Origin: Dehalococcoidia bacterium
GTDB taxonomy: Bacteria > Chloroflexota > Dehalococcoidia > UBA2979
Assembly (NCBI GenBank): GCA_965262725.1
Contig: OZ253555.1
Location: 2,752,001-2,816,000 of the forward strand
Length of the DNA: 64,000 nt
Direction of reading: 5' to 3'
The notes beneath the pieces are model-generated. The model was not told the origin of the DNA and made no database searches. It was given only the letters and a program-made list of their open reading frames with translations. How positions within the stretch are numbered: position 1 is the stretch's first letter; the number at the start of each line of letters is the position of its first letter. Positions 40,444 through 50,108 of this stretch are shown piece by piece. The translations under genes and the position numbers were made by a program.

Positions 40444-41480
40444 CAGCGGATCTCGACGACGGCCGGGCCCGCCTGCACGGAGCCGACCGTCCAGCCAGCG
40501 CCGGCCGCCCGCAGTTTCTCTGCCCCCTCCGGCGGGAGGGCGATGAGCAAGCCGCCCGATGTCTGCGGATCGTAGATGAGATCGACGAGGGCCGGCGGGA
40601 GGCCCCGGACGACGCGGACGCGGTCGCCGAGCTGCTCGACGTTGCGTCGTCCGCCGCCGGTCACGGACCCCCCCTCCGCGAGACGCAGCGCGTCCGGGAA
40701 GAGCGGCACCCGTTCCGCCTCGATCACGATCCTGACGCCGCTCGCTCTCGCCATCTCGGAAGCGTGACCGGCGAGCGCGAAGCCGGTGACGTCGGTCACG
40801 GCGTGCGCGGCGGCCTCGCGCGCGAGGCGCGACGACTCCCGGTTGAGCCGGACCATCGACGCGGTCGCGGCAGCGAGCGCCGCCTCGTGCCCGGCGACGC
40901 CGGTCTGCGCCGCCGTGAGCACCACGCCGGTCCCCACCGGCTTGGTGAGCAGCAGCGCGTCGCCGGGACGCGCGCCGCCCGTGCGCAGCACGGCACCCGG
41001 GTGCACGACGCCCAACACCGAGAGGCCGTACTTCGGCTCAGCGTCGAGAATCGTGTGGCCGCCGGCGACGACGGCGCCAGCCTCCGCCACCGCTTCGCCT
41101 CCGCCACGGAAGACCTCGGCGGGGATCGCCGGGTCCATCCCGTCGGGGAAGCCGGCGATGTTCAGGCAGACTCGTGCCTCCCCACCCATTGCGTAGACGT
41201 CAGAGAGGGCATTCGCGGCGGCGATCCGGCCGTAGAGGTAGGGGTCATCGACCACGGGGGGGAAGAAGTCGAGCGTCTGGATCACCGCCAGATCGTCGGA
41301 GACGCGGTAGACCGCGGCGTCGTCGCCGTGCGCGAGCCCCACGAGCAGGTCGGGGTGCTCACCTGGCGGGAAGAGCTCGTGCAGGGGGCGCAGGACCTGC
41401 GCCAGGGTCGCCGGACCCATTTTCCCTGCTCAGCCGGCGCAGGAGGCGAGGGACGTGAGCCGTATCTGATCGCGGGTCAC
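40443..41480 (-). CDS. selD: Selenophosphate synthetase SelD, selenocysteine-containing (UGA at 41430-41432)
   Basis: GTG 41480 gives MTRDQIRLTSLASCAG-UGA-AGKMGP, in frame with DDAAV, TLDFFPP, AANALSDVYAMGG, TDVTGF, DPQTSGGLL. Confidence 0.93.
41387..41403 (-). promoter_or_regulatory. Candidate bacterial SECIS hairpin in selD
   Basis: GGCGCAG-GUC-CUGCGCC beginning 26 nt 3' of the UGA; resembles the GCAGGUCUGC apical element of the E. coli fdhF SECIS. Confidence 0.55.
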
Positions 41481-41599
41481 CGGCAGCTCTTCCGTTGATG
41501 CGATGGGGGCCCATGGTCGCACCGCCGGCGAGCACTGCCTAGTCGCGAACGACGACCAATCCCACCATGCAGGGGCCGCGGCCACGCTACCATCACGAC

Positions 41600-42340
41600 A
41601 TGACGCCCACCCGCTCCGGCGCGTGCGACAACGCGGGGGCACTCCCGCGCTATGCGCTCGCCGAGCTGATCGCGCTGCTCGACGCCGAGTACGGACGGAT
41701 CCCGCTCCGCCCCCACGGCGACCCGATGGCGGAGCTCGTGCTGACGCTCCTCTCCCAGAACACATCCGACCACAACTCGGGGCGCGCCTTTCAGCGGCTG
41801 CTGGCACGGTTCCCCGGATGGGACGCGGTGCTCGCCGCGCCCACCGCCGACGTGGAGGAGGCGATCCGGCCCGGCGGACTCGCACCAACGAAGGCGCCGC
41901 GGCTCCAGGCCCTGATCGCGACCGTCCGGCAGCAGACGGCGACGCGTGACCGGGGCAAGCCATACGACCTGCGGTTCCTCGAAGCCCTCCCGCTCGCCGA
42001 GGCGAAGGTGTGGCTCCGCGGCCTCCCGGGCATCGGGCCCAAGACGGCTGCCTGCGTGCTCCTCTTCGCTCTCGGCCGGCCGGCCCTTCCAGTCGACACG
42101 CACGTCGAGCGGGTCTCCAGGCGTCTCGGACTCGTCCCGCCGCGGATGCCCGTAGAACGCCTGCACGACGAGCTCGAGGCGGCGCTCGAACCGGCCTCGG
42201 TCCACGCCTTCCACGTCGACCTGATCCAGCACGGGCGCCGAACCTGCCACGCGCGGCGCCCCGCGTGCGAGCGCTGCGTGCTGCATGAGCGGTGCCCTCG
42301 CGTCGGCGTCGAGGCGCAGCGGCCGGCACGCAATCCTTGA
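41600..42340 (+). CDS. nth: Endonuclease III-family HhH-GPD glycosylase with [4Fe-4S] motif
   Basis: LLSQNT, LPGIGPKTA, PVDTHV, C-x6-C-x2-C-x5-C. Confidence 0.9.
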   Translation: MTPTRSGACDNAGALPRYALAELIALLDAEYGRIPLRPHGDPMAELVLTLLSQNTSDHNSGRAFQRLLARFPGWDAVLAAPTADVEEAIRPGGLAPTKAPRLQALIATVRQQTATRDRGKPYDLRFLEALPLAEAKVWLRGLPGIGPKTAACVLLFALGRPALPVDTHVERVSRRLGLVPPRMPVERLHDELEAALEPASVHAFHVDLIQHGRRTCHARRPACERCVLHERCPRVGVEAQRPARNP

Positions 42341-42451
42341 GAGCTCGCCGCCCGAGCCCGCGGCGTCGCGCCCCGGGCGGCGGGCCGTGGGGACCAGGCG
42401 AGCCGCGGATATAATCCCGCATTCGCCGGGTAGCATGCGGGGAGGATGCGG

Positions 42452-43714
42452 ATGGCGGCAGCGGAGGGGTCGACGCCGACGGGAGACGCGACGCCGGTGC
42501 GCGCGGCGGGAGGCGTGACCGCACCCGCCGGCTTCAGGGCGGGTGCCGCCTACGCCGGCATCCGCGGCTACGGCCCGGAGCCACGATACGATGTCGGGTT
42601 GCTCGTCTCCGAGACGCCGTGCGTGGCGGCCGGGCTCTTCACCACGAACGCGGTCGTCGGCAACGCGCTTGCCTGGACGAGGGAGCGCGTGCGCGGCGAG
42701 GATCAGGCGCGTGTGCGCGCCGTCGTCGCCAACTCCGGCAACGCAAACACGTGGACGGGCGAGCAGGGCCCCCGAGACGCGCGGCGGATGGCAGAGCTCG
42801 CGGCGGCGCGCCTCGGCCTCGCGCCCTCGGAGGTGCTGGTCGGCTCGACGGGGGTGATCGGCCGCCCCCTCCCGATGGAGCTCGTCGAGCGCGGGATCGC
42901 GGCCATCGACCTCGGAGCAGACCCGGCTGCCGCGACGACCTTCGCCCGCGCGATCATGACCACGGACACTCGCCCCAAGGAGGCGGCGCGCCGCGTGTCC
43001 CACGGCGGCCGCGACTACACCATTGGCGGCGCCGCGAAGGGGGCGGGAATGATCCATCCCCTCCTCGCCACGATGTTCGCCTTCCTCACCACGGACGCCC
43101 CGGTCGCGGCCGGCTGGCTCGACGCGACGCTTCGCGCTGTCTCCGCCGACAGCTTCGAGATGCTCGACATCGACATGGACAGCTCGACCTGCGACATGGT
43201 GATCGCCCTCGCCAACGGCGCCGCGGGCGGCGACCCGGTCGACGACAGCCATCCCGCGGCTCCGGTCCTGGCGGAGGCGATGGCGGCCGTGGCGACGGAA
43301 CTCACGCGCGAGCTCGCGCGTGACGGGGAGGGCGCCCGCACTCTGATCGAGGTCGCCGTGGAGGGTGCCGCCGACGAGCGGGAGGCGCGGCTCGCCGCCC
43401 GGACCATCGCCTCGTCCCCGCTGGTCAAGTCGATGGTCACCGGCCGCGACCCGAACTGGGGCCGCGTCGCGATGGCTGCGGGCCGCTCGGGCGCGCGGAT
43501 CGATCCGGCGCGGGCTCGCATCTGGATCGCCGGGCTCCTGGCCTTCGAGCGGGGAGCGCCGGCGCCGACGCCGGAGACCGCCCTGCGCGAGGCGATGGAG
43601 AGGCCCGAGATCGTCATCCGCGCCGACCTCGGGGTCGGCTCCGCGCGGGCAACGGCGTGGGGATGCGATCTCACCGAGGAGTACGTACGCATCAACGCGA
43701 GCTACACCACGTGA
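42452..43714 (+). CDS. argJ: Ornithine acetyltransferase / N-acetylglutamate synthase ArgJ
   Basis: NSGNAN, STGVIG, IMTTDT, KGAGMIHP, ARDGEG, DPNWGR, WGCDLTEEYVRINASYTT; TATAAT at 42410-15. Confidence 0.95.
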   Translation: MAAAEGSTPTGDATPVRAAGGVTAPAGFRAGAAYAGIRGYGPEPRYDVGLLVSETPCVAAGLFTTNAVVGNALAWTRERVRGEDQARVRAVVANSGNANTWTGEQGPRDARRMAELAAARLGLAPSEVLVGSTGVIGRPLPMELVERGIAAIDLGADPAAATTFARAIMTTDTRPKEAARRVSHGGRDYTIGGAAKGAGMIHPLLATMFAFLTTDAPVAAGWLDATLRAVSADSFEMLDIDMDSSTCDMVIALANGAAGGDPVDDSHPAAPVLAEAMAAVATELTRELARDGEGARTLIEVAVEGAADEREARLAARTIASSPLVKSMVTGRDPNWGRVAMAAGRSGARIDPARARIWIAGLLAFERGAPAPTPETALREAMERPEIVIRADLGVGSARATAWGCDLTEEYVRINASYTT

Positions 43715-43745
43715 GCGGTCTCCCGGGTCGGGCGGGAAGGCATCG

Positions 43746-44522
43746 ATGAGCAGGCCACGCGAGCGGCCCGTCGTCGTCAAGATCGGCGGCTCGACCCTCG
43801 GCGAGGAGGACACGAGCCTCGACGACATCGCGCGCCTCGCCGAGGAGGGACGGCGGCTGCTCGTCGTGCACGGGGGCGGAGCCCTGATCACCGACTGGCT
43901 GGACCGTCTCGGGATCGCCTCGGAGTTCGTCGAGGGACTGCGCTCGACGAGCGCAGAGGCGCTGGAGGTGGTGATCGGTGTGCTTCGGGGAGCCGTGAAC
44001 GCCCGGCTCGTCGCCGAGCTCACGCGACGCGGCGCCTGCGCCATCGGCGTCTCGGGCCTCGACGCGCAGACGCTCGTTGCCGAGCGCTACGACGAGCGCC
44101 TCGGCTACGTGGGCCGCCTCACCCGCGTCGACCCCGCCCACCTCCAGGATTTGCTCGCGGCCGGCTGCGTCCCCGTGCTCGCGCCCATCGCCCTCGAGCC
44201 GCCGGCGCAGCCGCTCAACGTCAACGCCGACACCGTCGCCGGCGAGGTCGCGCGAGCGGTGCGGGCGGAACTGCTTGTCTTCCTCACCGACGTCGACGGC
44301 GTGCTCGACGAGCGAGGCTATCCGCTGGCGCACCTCGCCGCGGAGCAGGCGGCCTCACTCCGCGAGGCCGGTACCCTCGCCGGTGGTATGCTTCCCAAGG
44401 TCGACGCATCTCTCAGAGCGGTGGACGGAGGCTCCGTCGCCGTGATCGCGAACGGCCGTCGGCGTGGCACCGTCCGCGAGATCGTGTCTGGAGGCCGCGT
44501 CGGTACGCGGCTGGGAGGGTAG
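43746..44522 (+). CDS. argB: Acetylglutamate kinase
   Basis: VKIGGS, VHGGG, NVNADT, LTDVDGV, GGMLPKV. Confidence 0.95.
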   Translation: MSRPRERPVVVKIGGSTLGEEDTSLDDIARLAEEGRRLLVVHGGGALITDWLDRLGIASEFVEGLRSTSAEALEVVIGVLRGAVNARLVAELTRRGACAIGVSGLDAQTLVAERYDERLGYVGRLTRVDPAHLQDLLAAGCVPVLAPIALEPPAQPLNVNADTVAGEVARAVRAELLVFLTDVDGVLDERGYPLAHLAAEQAASLREAGTLAGGMLPKVDASLRAVDGGSVAVIANGRRRGTVREIVSGGRVGTRLGG

Positions 44523-44529
44523 TCGACCG

Positions 44530-47340
44530 GTGGGCTTCTTCGACGACCGCGATGACCAGGGGCCGCCTCCCGACCCCTTCCGCCTGGAGGACCGCGAAGA
44601 GGGCCAGCGCTTCCGCTCGCCGTTCGCGCTGCGCTGGCTCGGCATTGCCGCCGCCCTCCTCGTCGCCTTCGTGGCCGCGAACGTGCTCAAGTCGCTGTAC
44701 GTCGACCTGCTCTGGTTCGACTCGGTCGGGCCCTCCGGGGAGGACAGCTACGCCGGCATCTTCCGAACCGTCGTGGGGTGGCGCGTGGTGCTCTTCCTCG
44801 GGGGAGCGGCGATCACGGCGGCCGTCCTCGGTCTCAATATCTGGCTCGCGCGCCGCTTCGCCCCACGGGCGCCGGAGGAGTCGTTCATCGAGGAGGTCGA
44901 CGCGGGGGCGATCCGTCGCATAGTCACGGTGCTCCTGGTCGCGGCGACGCTCTTCCTCGCCGTGATCTTTGGCTCCGTCGCGGGGGGCTCCTGGGAGACG
45001 GTGCTGCGCTGGCTGAACGGCGTGGAGTTCGGCCGCCAGGATCCCCAGTTCCAGCGCGACATCTCCTTCTACCTCTTCAATCTCCCGGCGTACCACCTCG
45101 CGCAGGGATGGGTGCTCTCCCTGCTCGTCGTCACAGCACTCGCGTCGGGCGCCGTCTACGCCCTCGCGTTCTCGCTCCAGCGCTTCGTGCTGAACGTCAC
45201 GCCGGCGATGCGTATCCACCTGTCGGTGCTGGTAGGACTGATCTTCCTGATAATCGCCTGGGGAACGTACCTCTCGATCTTCGACCTCGCGAATTCCATC
45301 GGCGGCATCGTCTACGGTGCAACCTACACCGACGTCAACGCGAGGCTCCCCGTCCGTTATCTCCTGATCGGGCTCGCGCTCTTCGCCAGCGTCGCGACCG
45401 TGGTCAACGCCGTCCTCTCCAGCGGGTACCGGCTCCCGCTCTTCGCTTTCGGTCTGTGGGCGGCGGCCGGCCTCGTTGGCGGCGCCATCTACCCACAGGC
45501 GATCCAAGCCTTCACGGTCGAGCCCAACGAGCTCGAGCGCGAGGAGCTCTACATCGAGCGCAACATCACTTTCACGCGCGTGGGCTGGAATCTCGACACG
45601 ATCGACGAGCGGAGCTTCCCGGCGCTTCCCGCGGTCACGGCGGCCGAAATCGAGGCGAACGCCGCAACCCTCGACAACATCCGCGTCCTCGACCCGCGCC
45701 CGCTGCTCGACACCTTCAACCAGATTCAATCGATCCGGCCTTTCTACCAGTTCACCGACGTGGACGTGGATCGCTACACGATCGACGGTGTGCAGCGGCA
45801 GGTAATGCTCAGCCCGCGCGAGCTGAACGTCGCCCGCGCCCTGGATCGCAACTGGACGCGGGAGCGACTGCAGCTCACACACGGATTCGGGGCCGTCGTC
45901 ACCCCCGTCAACGAGGTGATAGCGGAGTCCGGACTACCGCGGCTGCTCACCGCCGACATTCCGCCCGTGAGCGCGATCGGGGCGCTAGAACTCACGATCG
46001 AGGGCTCGCGCATCTACTTCGGTGAGCTCACCAACCACTACGTCGTGGTCAACACCAACGTAGCGGAGTTCGACTACCCGCTGGGCGAGGGCCAGAACGC
46101 GGAGACGCGCTACGAGGCCGACCGCGGCATCCGCCTCTCCTCACTGGTTCAGCGCATGGCGCTGGCCTGGGAGCTCGGCGACACCAACCTCCTGATCTCG
46201 GGCCAGATCGGCTCGGGCTCACGGCTCCTGATGCACCGCGACCTGCAGAGCCGCATCGAGAAGGTCGCGCCGTTCCTGTTGCTCGACTCTGACCCCTACC
46301 TCGTCGTCGAGGACGGCCGGCTGTTCTGGATCCAAGACGGCTACACCACATCCGGAGGATTCCCCTACTCGGAGCCGCGCGGCGACGTCAACTACATCCG
46401 CAACAGCGTCAAGGTGCTCGTCGACGCCGTGACCGGCGACATGAACTACTACCTCATCGACGAGACGGACCCGGTGGCGCGCACGTGGTCGAAGATCTTC
46501 CCCGACCTCTTCCAGCCGGACTCGGAGATGCCGGACTTCATGCGGGAGCACCTGCGCTACCCGGAGCTTCTCTTCCGCCTGCAGGCCGACCTCTACCTCC
46601 AGTACCACGTCTCCGATCCCCAGGTCTTCTTCGTAGGCGAGGACTTCTGGAACATCCCGACCGAGCGCTTCCGGCAGCAGGAGCAGCAGGTCGACCCTTA
46701 CTACGTCGTCATGAAGCTCCCGGGCGAGTCGAGGGAGGAGTTCGCGCTCATCCTCCCCTTCACGCCGCGCAACAAGCAGAACACGGTGGCGTGGCTGGCC
46801 GCGCGCTCCGACGGCGATGCTTACGGCACGCTTCGCTCCTACCGCTTCCCGACCGACGACCTCGTCTTCGGACCGGCGCAGATCGAGGCGCGTATCGATC
46901 AGAACCCCGGCATCTCGCAGCAGCTCACGCTGTGGGACACGGCGGGGTCCGAGGTGATCCGCGGCAACCTGCTGATGATCCCGATCGGCGAATCGTTCCT
47001 CTTCGTCGAGCCGATATACCTGCAGGCATCCAACTCGCGGCTGCCCGAGCTCAAGCGCATCGTCGTGGCCAACGGCAACGCGATCGCGATGGAGGAGACG
47101 TTCGAGCAGTCGCTGGACGTCGTGCTCGGCCGGCGCGCCTCGTCGCTTCCCGGGACCGGCGCCTCGTTCGAGCCGACGGCCCCGAGCCCGACCACCCCCT
47201 CGACGCCGAGCCAGCCGCTGCCCGACGACCTGAGAGGGCTGCTCGATCGGGCGCAGGAGGCGTTCGACGCGACCGACGCCGAACTCGAGCGCCTGCGCGA
47301 GATCCTCGAGGCGCTGCGCGAACTCCAAGCGGCGCCCTAG
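44530..47340 (+). CDS. UPF0182 family membrane protein
   Basis: LWFDSVG, DPQFQRDISFYLF, DVDRY, THGFG, NYIRNSVK, VIRGNLL, FVEPIY. Confidence 0.93.
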   Translation: MGFFDDRDDQGPPPDPFRLEDREEGQRFRSPFALRWLGIAAALLVAFVAANVLKSLYVDLLWFDSVGPSGEDSYAGIFRTVVGWRVVLFLGGAAITAAVLGLNIWLARRFAPRAPEESFIEEVDAGAIRRIVTVLLVAATLFLAVIFGSVAGGSWETVLRWLNGVEFGRQDPQFQRDISFYLFNLPAYHLAQGWVLSLLVVTALASGAVYALAFSLQRFVLNVTPAMRIHLSVLVGLIFLIIAWGTYLSIFDLANSIGGIVYGATYTDVNARLPVRYLLIGLALFASVATVVNAVLSSGYRLPLFAFGLWAAAGLVGGAIYPQAIQAFTVEPNELEREELYIERNITFTRVGWNLDTIDERSFPALPAVTAAEIEANAATLDNIRVLDPRPLLDTFNQIQSIRPFYQFTDVDVDRYTIDGVQRQVMLSPRELNVARALDRNWTRERLQLTHGFGAVVTPVNEVIAESGLPRLLTADIPPVSAIGALELTIEGSRIYFGELTNHYVVVNTNVAEFDYPLGEGQNAETRYEADRGIRLSSLVQRMALAWELGDTNLLISGQIGSGSRLLMHRDLQSRIEKVAPFLLLDSDPYLVVEDGRLFWIQDGYTTSGGFPYSEPRGDVNYIRNSVKVLVDAVTGDMNYYLIDETDPVARTWSKIFPDLFQPDSEMPDFMREHLRYPELLFRLQADLYLQYHVSDPQVFFVGEDFWNIPTERFRQQEQQVDPYYVVMKLPGESREEFALILPFTPRNKQNTVAWLAARSDGDAYGTLRSYRFPTDDLVFGPAQIEARIDQNPGISQQLTLWDTAGSEVIRGNLLMIPIGESFLFVEPIYLQASNSRLPELKRIVVANGNAIAMEETFEQSLDVVLGRRASSLPGTGASFEPTAPSPTTPSTPSQPLPDDLRGLLDRAQEAFDATDAELERLREILEALRELQAAP

Positions 47341-47446
47341 GCCCCCCCTCCGGGGCCTGCCCCGGAGGATGCGGCGCCGCGGCCTGTGCCTCCGTTCAGC
47401 GGCGGTCGGGCGGGCGACGCGACCGGGACCAGGAGAGAGGCAGTCG

Positions 47447-48631
47447 ATGACGACGCTCCGCGAGCGCGAAGCGGCGCTCTACATGCAGGCGGGCCGGCGC
47501 ATGCCGGTCACCCTCGTGCGGGGCGCCGGCACGCGCGTCTGGGACGACGAGGGACGCGAGTACCTCGACTTCGTGGCCGGCATCGCGACGAACACGCTCG
47601 GCCACGCCGACCCCGAGTTGGCGGAGGTAATCGCGGAGCAGGCGCGCACGCTGATCCACACCTCGAACCTGGTCTACTCCCTCCCCCAGATCGAGCTCGC
47701 CGAGCTCCTCATCGCGCACTCCTGCGCCGACCGCGTCTTCTTCGTGAACTCCGGCGCCGAGGCGAACGAGACTGCCGTGAAGCTCGCCCGCAAGTGGGGC
47801 AAGATGCACCGGGGCGGGGCGCACGAGATCATCTGCGCCGAGAACGCCTTCCACGGCCGCACGCTCGCCACGATCGCGGCGACGGGGAACCCCCGCTACA
47901 GCGACCCGTTCACGCCGCTCCCCGAGGGCTTCGTGCACGTGCCCTACGACGACATCGACGCCCTCAGGGCCGCGACCGGCGGAGCGACCGTGGCGGTGAT
48001 GCTGGAGCCGCTGCAGGGCGAGGGCGGTGTCATCGTCCCATCCCCGGGCTACCTGCAGGCCGTGCGCGCGTGGTGTGACGAGCAGGGACTGCTCCTGATC
48101 CTCGACGAGGTGCAGTCCGGAATGGGTCGCACCGGGACACTGTGGGCCTACGAGCACGACGGGATCGAGCCCGATATCTTCACTTCGGCCAAGGCCCTGG
48201 GCGGCGGCGTCCCCGTGGGGGCGACGCTCGCCCGGGAGGACGCCGCGGTCTTCGAGCCCGGCGACCACGGGAACACCTTCGGCGGCTCCGTGCTGGCGAC
48301 GGCGGCGGCGGCGCACGTCGTGCGGCGCGTCGTCGAGGGCGGCGTGTTGGAGGCGGGACGTGCGCGCGGAGAGCAGCTCGGTCGCGGGCTCGAGGGTCTC
48401 GCCGACCGGGTTCCCGGGGCTTCCGGCGTCCGGGGACGTGGACTCCTGCGAGGCCTCGAGCTCGAGCGCGACGTCGCGCCCGAGGCCGTCGCGGCCGCGC
48501 TCGAGATGGGTCTCATCCTCAACGCGGTGCGGCCGAACGTGCTGCGCTTCGTCCCGCCCTTGACCGTGACCGAGGAGGAGGTCGAGCGCGCCGTCTCCCT
48601 CACCGAGCGAGCGCTCGCGGCCGCGCTGTAG
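47447..48631 (+). CDS. argD: Acetylornithine aminotransferase
   Basis: NSGAEANE, FHGRT, EPLQGEGG, DEVQSGMGRTG, AKALGGG. Confidence 0.93.
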   Translation: MTTLREREAALYMQAGRRMPVTLVRGAGTRVWDDEGREYLDFVAGIATNTLGHADPELAEVIAEQARTLIHTSNLVYSLPQIELAELLIAHSCADRVFFVNSGAEANETAVKLARKWGKMHRGGAHEIICAENAFHGRTLATIAATGNPRYSDPFTPLPEGFVHVPYDDIDALRAATGGATVAVMLEPLQGEGGVIVPSPGYLQAVRAWCDEQGLLLILDEVQSGMGRTGTLWAYEHDGIEPDIFTSAKALGGGVPVGATLAREDAAVFEPGDHGNTFGGSVLATAAAAHVVRRVVEGGVLEAGRARGEQLGRGLEGLADRVPGASGVRGRGLLRGLELERDVAPEAVAAALEMGLILNAVRPNVLRFVPPLTVTEEEVERAVSLTERALAAAL

Positions 48632-48830
48632 CGGCGCCGGAGCGGATCCGTGCGCGTACCGGCGGCGCGCGCTCCCGGTTGCATGGCCCCTGAGCCAGTG
48701 CGAGAGTTGATGCCCGCCGCCGACCGCGCGCGCTCAGGAGCGCCGGCTCGCGAGCGCGTACCGCCGGTACGACGCCCGCAATCGAGCGAGACGCAATGAA
48801 TGGGGCACGAAGAGCGATGGGCGCAGAGCG

Positions 48831-50093
48831 ATGAGAGAGACGATCGTGCTCGCCTACTCGGGCGGGCTCGACACCTCCGTGGCGACCAAATGGCTCCAAG
48901 AGGAGCGCGGCTACGACGTCGTCTGCCTGCTCGCCGATCTAGGCAATCAGCCCGACGTTGACTCGGCGCGCGAGCGCGGGCTCGGCGCCGGTGCGCTCGC
49001 AGTGGAGGTGGTCGACGCGCGTGACGATTTCCTGAACTATTTCGCCTTTCCGGCCCTGGCCGCGAACGCCCTCTACCAGGGGGGCTACCCGCTCGCCACG
49101 GCGCTCGCGCGGCCGCTGATCGCGAAGCTGCTCGTCGACAAGGCGCGCGAGGTCAGGGCGAACGCCGTCGCACACGGCTGCACCGGCAAGGGCAACGACC
49201 AGGTTCGCTTCGACCTCGCCATCCGCGCGCTCGGACCCGACCTCGCGATCGTGGGCACGGCGCGCGAGAACCTGATGACTCGCGATCAGGCCATCGAGTA
49301 TGCGGCGCGGTTCTCAATCCCCGTCGAGACGACCGTGGAGTCGCCGTACTCCACCGACGAGAACCTCTGGGGGCGCTCCATCGAGTGCGGCATCCTGGAG
49401 GATCCGTGGATCGAGCCGCCCGAGGAGATCTACGCGTGGACGCGCCACCTGGCGGAGACGCCAGCGGAGCCCGACTACGTCACGATCGGATTCGAGCGCG
49501 GGGCGCCGGTCTCGCTCGACGGCGAGCAGCTCTCGCCCGTGCCCCTGGTCGAGCGGCTGAACGAACTCGCGGGGCGGCACGGGATCGGTCGGATCGACAT
49601 GGTCGAGGATCGCCTCGTCGGGATTAAGTCCCGCGAGATTTACGAGGCACCCGCCGCGGTCGCGCTCCTCGAGGCGCACCAAGCGCTCGAGGCCCTCACG
49701 CTTTCGCGCAAGCAGCGCGCCTTCAAGGCGCGCGTCGCGCAGGAGTACGCGGACCTGATCTACGAGGGTCTCTGGTTCACGGCGCAGCATCAGGATCTCG
49801 CCGCCTACGTCCAGTCCACGCAGCGACACGTGAGCGGCGAGGTGCGCCTGCGGCTCGCGCGCGCGAGCGCCGTCGCTGTCGGCCGGCAGGCGCCGCGGAG
49901 CCTCTACAGCCACGAGCTCGCGACCTACGGCGAGGGCGACCGCTTCGATCAGACGGCAGCGCAGGGCTTCATCGCGATCTTCGGGCTCCCCGTGCAGCTC
50001 CAGGCGGAGCAGCAACTGCTCCGCCAGCCCGGCGATCCCAAGACCCTCGCGATGCCCGCCCAGCCGGCCTCGGACAACGGCGCCGAGGCGTAG
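48831..50093 (+). CDS. argG: Argininosuccinate synthase
   Basis: LAYSGGLDTS, HGCTGKGNDQVRF, EDRLVGIKSREIYE. Confidence 0.97.
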   Translation: MRETIVLAYSGGLDTSVATKWLQEERGYDVVCLLADLGNQPDVDSARERGLGAGALAVEVVDARDDFLNYFAFPALAANALYQGGYPLATALARPLIAKLLVDKAREVRANAVAHGCTGKGNDQVRFDLAIRALGPDLAIVGTARENLMTRDQAIEYAARFSIPVETTVESPYSTDENLWGRSIECGILEDPWIEPPEEIYAWTRHLAETPAEPDYVTIGFERGAPVSLDGEQLSPVPLVERLNELAGRHGIGRIDMVEDRLVGIKSREIYEAPAAVALLEAHQALEALTLSRKQRAFKARVAQEYADLIYEGLWFTAQHQDLAAYVQSTQRHVSGEVRLRLARASAVAVGRQAPRSLYSHELATYGEGDRFDQTAAQGFIAIFGLPVQLQAEQQLLRQPGDPKTLAMPAQPASDNGAEA

Positions 50094-50108
50094 CTCCGGG
50101 GGCGCCGC

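Noticed and set aside
42416-42441. CCCGCAT/ATGCGGG inverted repeat as an ARG box before argJ
   Set aside because: Spacing and GC content do not fit the AT-rich 18-bp ArgR box; a 7-bp repeat is weak evidence here.
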